From Octopus sinensis (Eukaryota): a DNA stretch of 29,536 bases. The notes beneath the pieces are model-generated. The model was not told the DNA's origin. It did not search any database and worked only from the letters and a program-made list of their open reading frames with translations. The number at the start of each line of letters is the position of its first letter. Positions within the stretch are counted from its first letter, which is position 1. The stretch lies in the NCBI RefSeq assembly GCF_006345805.1, contig NW_021824088.1:1-29536 (forward strand), written 5' to 3'. Below are positions 22,363 through 29,536 of the stretch, piece by piece. Made by a program: the position numbers and the translations under genes.

Positions 22363-22625
22363 AATTTATTATTCCCCACCTTAATGATTTTGTCAACCCA
22401 TAGCAACTTATGAAAAAAAAAAATAAATAAAAAAAAAAATAAACGATCATCAGGGGAGAGAACTCTTTCTTAGTTAAGCATGGTTGTAGTCACTTGAGCC
22501 GAGGACAAAAAGTTCATAGAATAATACATTTGTATAAGGGAATGTCGGATTAAAGATTGACTGAGTGCAGTAAATGACTGATACTTAAAAAATATCAGAA
22601 TAGTCGATTTAATACTCGGCCTTGA

Positions 22626-22843
22626 TAAGGCTGTGAGCTGGCAGAAACGTTAGCACGCTAGACGAAATGCTTACCGGTATTTAGTCTGTCTTTTAGTTCT
22701 GAGTTCAAATTCCGCCGAGGTCGACTTTGCCTTTCATCCTTTCGGGGTCGATAAATTAAGTACCAGTTGCGTACACGGGTCGATCTAATCGACTGGCCCC
22801 CACCCCCAAAATTTCGGGCCTTGTGCCTAGAATAGAAAAAAAT
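22626..22843 (+). mobile_element. SINE family D, young-looking full-length copy
   Basis: GTGAGCTGGCAGAAACGTTAGCACG ... TTTCATCCTTTCGGGGTCGATAAATTAAGTACCAG ... A-rich end. Degenerate flanking duplication AATACTCGGCC / AATACCTAGCC. Confidence 0.9.
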
Positions 22844-22942
22844 ACCTAGCCATGATGGGAGAGAACTCTATCTCCGTGAAGTCATCGTTGTTTTAACCGC
22901 TTAAAACAAGGACAAAAGTATATGAGATAATATATTGGTATA

Positions 22943-23328
22943 CAGTGATACCTCGCAGTACGAGTTTAATTCGTTCCATGACCGAGCTCGTCTTACGATT
23001 TACTCGTTTTACGAATCAGTTTTCCCTACTGAAATTAACTAAAATATAAATAACCCGTTCCAATGCCCCCAAAACCACTCAATTTTTTTTTTTTTTAGTT
23101 TGAAAACAGAAAAGGTGTTGTTATAAGTAGAATGACAATTATAAAAAAGAGAATGCAAAAGAAATATGTAAACTGGTTTTATTAACTGAATTATATTAAA
23201 GATGGGACGATTTGTGTACCCGTATTGAGGATTTCAGCCTGTACTTCAAGACAAAAATTCGTCCGAGTCTCGCCTCGTAACTGTAAATTACTCGTACAAA
23301 GATGCACCCGTACTGCGAGATACTACTG
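22943..23328. mobile_element. pogo/Tigger-like MITE
   Basis: TIRs CAGTGATACCTCGCAGTACGAG and (rc) CAGTAGTATCTCGCAGTACGGG, TA on both sides, 386 bp, no coding capacity. Confidence 0.85.
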
Positions 23329-23340
23329 TACAGTGGTTTC

Positions 23341-23543
23341 AAATGTTGGCACAGGGCCAGCAAGTTCTGGGATGGTGGGTAAGTTGGTTACATCTACCCC
23401 AGTATTCAACTGGTACTTATTTAATTGTCCCAGGAAGGATGAAATGCAAAGTCGACCTCGGTAGAATTCGAACGTGAAGACCGAAGAAATGTCGCCAAGC
23501 ATTTCCCCCCGCTGTGCTAACAATTCTGCTATCTCGCTGCCCT
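23341..23543 (-). mobile_element. SINE family D, diverged copy
   Basis: Contains CTGGTACTTATTT...GGAAGGATGAAATGCAAAGTCGACCTCGG and GTGCTAACAATTCTGC, the reverse complement of family D. Confidence 0.8.
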
Positions 23544-24658
23544 ATACCAAAAGACTGATGACTAAAGACTAATTGTATCTAAGTATATTATTGATACCCA
23601 AGTTATAAGTCAACGATAAGATAAATGGCCATCATGTGAGAGAACTCTCTCTCTCTTAGCTAAGTCATTCTTACAACCGCTTAAGACAATGACAAAACCC
23701 TCGTGGATTAACGCGTATTAAAGAACAGTATGTTAAAGATTGATTAATTTGAGTATATTACTGGTATTTTAAAGTCATTGATCATCGATAATAAATTTAT
23801 ATCATGGGAGAGAACTCTTTCCATCTTAAATAATATCGTTTCCGCTGCTTCAGTCAAGGATAGAAGTTGATACAACTGAACATTATATTAAAGTTTTACT
23901 TGACCCAAATATATTACTGGTTCTTAGAAGTCACAGAATATACGATTGAATACATGGCTGTTATGGGAGATAACACTTTTGCACCGTAACCAAGTGCTGT
24001 CAGAGTTACATAAAATCGTAACTCCATGCATGTATTATATTTTCCAGTCAAAAATATTTTTGAAAAACTGTCGTATGTGGGACTTACTACACTTTTGAAA
24101 AATACTAAACTGTTGTACTACACTTTGACAATTTTCATATCTTGGCATCTGAAGCAGCTGGAGATTCGATAGGCTGACCAAAAGAACTGGCTATTGCAAG
24201 CAAAATTAAATATTGAAAAAAAAAAAAAAAGTCAATTGGCCAAAATTGGACATACGACAATTTAACACAATAGCAACGAATTCATTTTGGAAATAAGGAA
24301 GAAACAAATGTAATAACTTTGTCAAATTTAAGCTGGAGTTTGGGACATCATTTTACATACAATTTTTATGGAAGATTTTAGTTTATTTTATTTTAAAACA
24401 GGAAGTTCGTGCCAGGATTATGAGCAGCCCCAAGCGGGTTTGCATCGAAAGGGCAAAAGAAGAAAAGCAAAAAGGATAAAAAGCATAACTAGACATTTAC
24501 TCAGTAAAAGATCAGTTTCTTGTTTCCGTACAAATGCAACCCCATGATTTGATGCGTTCGCTGTTCATCCCTGACAATAAAACAGTTTTTTCACCTTTCA
24601 TTTCAAAACTCAAGGGATGTTAACGATAATCGTACATATTTAAATAATCTTAATTCAG

Positions 24659-24826
24659 ATTTGAATGAGGAGATATCGTCGACCAATCGAGAAATCGAAG
24701 ACGTTGAAAGACAAATGGAATATTGGAAGTTGTATGAGGAAAAAGGACAGTTCGAAGACAAGAAACAGATCGATCGTCTGGAAAAACAATTGAATGATTT
24801 GGATCAATGCTACAACTACTTACAAA
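24659..24826 (+). CDS. CCDC83: CCDC83-like coding exon 4
   Basis: Acceptor taatcttaattcag|AT, donor CAAA|gtaaga; 168 nt, symmetric phase 1-1; encodes (D)[55 protein letters not shown]. Confidence 0.9.
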
Positions 24827-24858
24827 GTAAGACGCCACTCTGTTTATTTCTTGTGTTT

Positions 24859-24859
<1 letters not shown>

Positions 24860-24899
<40 letters not shown>

Positions 24900-25019
24900 A
24901 TATATATATATATATATATATTTATGTATGTATATATATATATATACACACACATATATATTATATATATATATGTATATATATATTTATGTATGTATAT
25001 ATATATATGAATATATATA

Positions 25020-25071
<52 letters not shown>

Positions 25072-25120
25072 ATATATATATATATATATTATATATATAT
25101 ATATATATACATATATATAA
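24860..25120. repeat. (CA)n/(TA)n microsatellite
   Basis: Seen directly. Confidence 0.95.
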
Positions 25121-25340
25121 ATGAAAGAATGGAGTTGAACGACGATTTAACAAAATTCCTTTATTCCTTTAAAAAAACAAACAAATTTCCACAGGAAAGC
25201 ACGTGATCTCTGCCCTTGGCATGTAGCTTCAACCGTGTTTTTCTGACGTGAATTTGATACCTGGGTATCGGTTAACCGAATTATCCATACTAGGATAATT
25301 CATTCAACTACTTTTATTTATATATATAGATATATATAAA

Positions 25341-25537
25341 TGGTCATTAGACTGCAGCACTGCTGGGGCGTCGCTTTGTAGAGTTTTAGTCGAAAGAATC
25401 GGCCCCAGTACATTTACTGTTTTGTTTTTAGCCTAGCACTTATTCTATCGGATCTTTTACCGAACCACTAAGTTACAGAGGAATAAACAAACCAAAACCG
25501 GTTGTAAAGTTGTCGTGGCGTACAAACACAGACACAA
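25341..25537 (-). mobile_element. SINE family A tail, diverged
   Basis: ACTTATTCTATCGGATCTTTTACCGAACCACTAAGTTAC block plus ACAAACACAGACAC. Confidence 0.75.
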
Positions 25538-25539
25538 AG

Positions 25540-25590
25540 CTACACATATATACATACATACTTGCGTATATACATACATACATACATACA

Positions 25591-25639
<49 letters not shown>

Positions 25640-25663
25640 GCATATATACATATATATGTATGC

Positions 25664-25719
<56 letters not shown>

Positions 25720-25820
25720 TCACATGCTCACACTTATGCTTATATGTATGTATGTTTGTATGTATGCATGTATGTATGTATGTATGTGTGTATGTATGTA
25801 TGTATATATGTATGTGCACG
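25540..25820. repeat. (TACA)n/(TA)n/(TATG)n microsatellite
   Basis: Seen directly. Confidence 0.95.
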
Positions 25821-26139
25821 TAAGTCTTTATGCACCAATTTCCATTTATTTTACCAACGGTTATGTTTATAGGGGAAGTTACTCTCGATCAATTGTTAAA
25901 GAGTTATCTCCCTTAAATAATTTCTTTAAAAAAAAAGACTATTTTCAATACCTTTGTTCTTGAATCATAGCAGTGTAATTAACAGACGTATAAAAAGAAG
26001 CAGAACACATTGGCTTAATCGGCACAGCATCCAACAAGGTCCCTTGCGATGTTTAATAGGTACTTGCCATTTAGGTTTAACTCCCACCGAGGACCTACTT
26101 CCCTTGCTTTCACGCTCCCCGGGTCGATAAAATGATGTA

Positions 26140-26576
26140 CATCTTACGACCGAGTTTCGTTCCGACTGGACAGGTCGTAAGTCGATCTGGTCGCATGTCG
26201 GATTTATATTTTTTCAACACTATTTTCATTCAAAAGCAACTGTCGCTTGAAAGCTACTGAGCGAGAGACTGTGGCAAGTAGTGGGTACCTGCGTTTGAGG
26301 GGAGGGGGCCTGCGTTTCTAAATGCTGCCCAGCGTCCGAAAATCGACTTCTTAATTAATTACTCTTTTACTTGTTTCAGTCATTTGACTGCGGCCATGCT
26401 GGAGCACCGCCTTTAATCGAGCAACTCGACCCCGGGACTTATTCTTTTGTAAGCCCAGTACTTAATATATCGGACTCTTTTGCCGAACCGCTAAGTTACG
26501 GGGACATAAACACACCAGCATCGGTTGTCAAGCAATGCTAGGGGGACAAACACTGACACACAAACACACACTCGCG

Positions 26577-26611
<35 letters not shown>

Positions 26612-26867
26612 ATATTATAATATATATATATATACGACGGGCTTCTTTCAGTTTCCGTCTACCAAATCCACTCACAAGGCTTTGGTCGGCCCGAGGCTAT
26701 ATAGTAGAAAACACTTGCCCAAGCTCCCACGCAGTGGGACTGAACCCGGAACCATGTGGTTGGTAAACAAGCTACTTACCACACAGCCAATTTTTTTTTA
26801 TTTCTTGTCTGTGGTCGTAAGTGCGGACGGTCATAAGTCGCATAGGTCGTAAGTCGAGGAGAAAATG
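26140..26867. mobile_element. pogo/Tigger-like MITE with a nested SINE
   Basis: The right end is GGTCGTAAGTCGAGGAGAAAATG|TA. The left end TA|CATCTTACGACCGAG matches it with an 11-nt deletion. Internal GGTCGTAAGT subrepeats are present. Confidence 0.65.
26361..26789 (-). mobile_element. SINE family A, near full length, nested in MITE
   Basis: Near-consensus tail, microsatellite and head. Confidence 0.92.
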
Positions 26868-27350
26868 TAGTTATTAAGTAAGTAGTTTATTTACTCAGTC
26901 TAACCTTTTGTAAAATATGCCCCGTTGAACCTGCGTTAGAAACCAATGTAACAAAATATCATAGAAAGCAACATAGGTGGCAATTCGGTAGAACATTGGT
27001 AAATTTCTCATGTAGTATTCAGTGGCGCTGTTCTGGTTTCGAATCACGCTGCGGTATATTTTGTGTCTTATTCTTCTGAGGTTCATAGTCGCAGCTAGAG
27101 TGTGTATGTGCCGCTCGGGGCAGACCTTGAATTTTCCGCCCGCACACAGTGGACTATACAAGCTCATACGGTAGGCCCAACAGTGCCGCTACAATAAAAG
27201 CATCACCCCGACCGGACCGGATCTGACAGGAACCCTCCTTGCGTCCTTCCGCTGCTTGGCAACGAGTGAGGTCGCTAAATTAAGCTTCATTTTTTTTTTC
27301 GGTGGGATTAGTGATTAGTAAAGAAGGCAGTGCAATATCCATGACTATTT

Positions 27351-27568
27351 TAAGCTGGTGAGCTGGCAGAAATGTTAGCACGCCGAGCGAAATGCTTAGC
27401 GGTATTTCATCTGCGTTACGTTGTGAGTTCAAATTCCGCCGAGGTCGACTTTTCCTTTCATCCTTTCAGTGTCGATAAACTAAGTACCAGTTGCGTACTG
27501 GGGTCGATCTAATCAACTGGCCACCTCCCCTAAAATTTCGGGCCTTGTTCCTAGGGTAGAAAAAAAAA
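27351..27568 (+). mobile_element. SINE family D, full length
   Basis: GGTGAGCTGGCAGAAATGTTAGCACGCCG ... AAAATTTCGGGCCTTG ... poly(A). Confidence 0.9.
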
Positions 27569-27579
27569 CGTAATTGTTT

Positions 27580-27810
27580 CACTAATTGGACTACGGCCAT
27601 GCTGGAGCATCATCTTGATGGCTTGTGCTCGAAGAATTCGAAACTTTTACGTAGTTTATTTACATCACAGTAACCTAGCAGTACGCCAAAAAGAACCCCT
27701 TAACATAAGTACCAAACTTAAAACAAACACTGGGCCCGAATTTTTCGACTAAATTGAGGATGGTGCTCCAGCATGGCAACAACCCAGTGACCGAAACAAT
27801 TGAAAGAATA
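27580..27810. mobile_element. Two diverged SINE family A tail fragments in opposite orientation
   Basis: Minus fragment CTACGGCCATGCTGGAGCATC at ~27590-27612; plus fragment GGTGCTCCAGCATGGC...GACCGAAACAA at ~27665-27810. Confidence 0.6.
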
Positions 27811-27889
27811 CACACCAGCTTCTCTATTAACCATTTCACTCTTCGCGCCTCATCTCTCTCTCTCTTTCTTGCTCTCTCTCTCTCTCTCC

Positions 27890-27943
<54 letters not shown>

Positions 27944-27962
27944 GTCTCTTTATATATTTCAG

Positions 27963-28054
27963 CGGCTCTGACAGACCAGATGGTTCAGGAGAGAGACACA
28001 GTAGAAGGTACCATGACAGAGAAAGTCGAGAGTCAAAAGGAGAAGGCTAACAAG
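27963..28054 (+). CDS. CCDC83: CCDC83-like coding exon 5
   Basis: Acceptor ctctttatatatttcag|CG, donor AACAAG|gtattt; 92 nt, phase 1 to 0; encodes (T)ALTDQMVQERDTVEGTMTEKVESQKEKANK. Confidence 0.88.
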
Positions 28055-28074
28055 GTATTTGATAGCATCGTTAC

Positions 28075-28175
28075 ATATATACATACATACATACATACAT
28101 AAATTTACAAAATACATAATACATACATACATATATATATATAATATATATACTATATATATATAATATATATAT

Positions 28176-28215
<40 letters not shown>

Positions 28216-28452
28216 TATATATAATATATAATGCAAAATGTGACAAGACCGCAAGCATCCAGACAGTAAGGAGATACAAGAAAGAGACAACAAAACATGC
28301 AGACAGACGATACAAAGAAAACAAGGGCGAGTCATTCGGAGTTTTCTTTCCTCAGTCGAGTTCCAGATTATCTTTGCAATTTCGGCTAGTTACACGCGAG
28401 ATTGCTCCAATCTGGCCAACCTCAAGGAAAAACTAAGCTAAGAGCATTAGAT

Positions 28453-28486
<34 letters not shown>

Positions 28487-28609
28487 TGTAGTATGTATGT
28501 ATGTATGTATATATATATATACACATACATACATAACATATACTATTTGCATACATACATACATACATATATATAATATATATATATATATATTATATAT
28601 ATTATATAT

Positions 28610-28654
<45 letters not shown>

Positions 28655-28760
28655 ATACATGTATATGTATGTGTGTGTATGCATGCGCGTATGTATGTGC
28701 TCGAGCGTGTGTGAGTCTGTGTATGTGTGTACGCGCGTGTGTGCTTGAATATTTGTGTTG
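28075..28760. repeat. (TA)n/(TATG)n microsatellites flanking an unclassified ~220-bp insert
   Basis: Microsatellites seen directly; the insert at ~28235-28452 is not identified. Confidence 0.85.
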
Positions 28761-28799
28761 GTGAAAGAGCGTGTATGCGTGTGTATGTGTATCTTTGAA

Positions 28800-29020
28800 T
28801 TTGTATCGGTCCCTGCCCCGCCGGCTGACAACCGGTGTTTGTTGGTTTGTTTATGCCCCCGTAACATAGTGGGTTCAGTAAAATAGACCAATAGAGTAAG
28901 TACCAAAACTTAAACAAAAAATAAAAAAATACTGGTCCAACCTTTCCAACTTAAACCATTCATGAAGATGCTCCATCTTGGCCGTGGTCAAATGTCTGAA
29001 ACAACCAAAACAAATAAAAG
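28800..29020 (+). mobile_element. SINE family A tail, diverged
   Basis: GCTGACAACCGGTG...ATGCCCCCGTAACATAG...AATAGAGTAAGTACCA...GATGCTCCATCTTGGCCG...CTGAAACAA. Confidence 0.7.
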
Positions 29021-29155
29021 AAAGTACGCTAAACTGATCAAAACCATTTATCTTAAGCAGACAATGGATGAATGTTACCGGAAGTTAAAATTTCGCATAT
29101 GATGGTAGCCATTTTGATTATTTAGATTTTAATGGATTTTCATCTATTGTTGCAG

Positions 29156-29224
29156 AAAGTTGTGTCGTTAATGCCGAAGCACTGCTGCCGCCAGTTAAAA
29201 GATAATGGCTGGCTTAAACGCGAA
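29156..29224 (+). CDS. CCDC83: CCDC83-like coding exon 6
   Basis: Acceptor ttttcatctattgttgcag|AAA, donor CGCGAA|gtgagt; 69 nt, phase 0-0; encodes KVVSLMPKHCCRQLKDNGWLKRE, resembling the recalled human [23 protein letters not shown]. Confidence 0.9.
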
Positions 29225-29354
29225 GTGAGTACCAAAATTTTTATATATACATAGCTCATTTGTACTCTGTAGACTTTTAAAATATGGGCATTTAATCAAA
29301 TACGCATATTATTCACACAAACTTACGTACAAATATCTATTACGTGAACTATAT

Positions 29355-29451
29355 TTATATCTATCAATCTATCTATCTATTCATCTATCCATCTATCTAC
29401 CTGTGTGTGTGTCTCTGTGTGTATGTGTGTGTGTGTGTGAGACAGAGAGAG

Positions 29452-29509
<58 letters not shown>

Positions 29510-29510
29510 C
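29355..29510. repeat. (TCTA)n, (GT)n and (GA)n microsatellites
   Basis: Seen directly. Confidence 0.95.
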
Positions 29511-29536
29511 CCCTGTTCATCTGTTCATCTACCAGA

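Larger units (their letters stand above)
22445..24010. repeat. Ancient degenerate ~160-185-nt tandem array (five units) interrupted by two SINEs and a MITE
   Basis: The motif GGGAGAGAACTCT or a variant recurs at 22454, 22857, 23636, 23806 and 23965. Collinear secondary blocks are present (CCGCTTAAGACAAGGACAAAA; TAAAGATTGA...TATATTACTGG). Confidence 0.8.

Noticed and set aside
22445-24010. CRISPR-like array
   Set aside because: The context is a eukaryotic intron, the inter-motif sequences are homologous to one another rather than unique spacers, and there are no cas genes.

Overview
This is a eukaryotic, extremely microsatellite-rich window. The SINE families and repeat landscape point to a coleoid cephalopod, probably Octopus (inference). 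One split protein-coding gene is supported on the + strand: a CCDC83-like (DUF4515-type) coiled-coil gene. It has six coding exons at 18208-29224 with canonical AG/GT sites and consistent phases, and it continues past the window end. The rest is transposon-derived or simple repeat: about 20 tRNA-derived SINE copies or fragments, three Tc1/mariner relics (one DD41D), two pogo/Tigger-like MITEs, CR1-type and APE LINE fragments, and short modules embedded in (TA)n that resemble Penelope-like-element ends. The most notable unexplained items are: (1) minimal type I hammerhead-ribozyme-like motifs with non-canonical cores, two of them in tandem 237 nt apart (retrozyme-like); (2) a ~370-bp foldback next to them; (3) a hidden, ancient ~170-nt tandem array in CCDC83 intron 3, broken up by three insertions; (4) a frame disruption in the first CCDC83 coding exon that looks like homopolymer error. 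All homology calls come from recognition and memory, not from database searches. Almost all ORFs in the supplied track are microsatellite artefacts.
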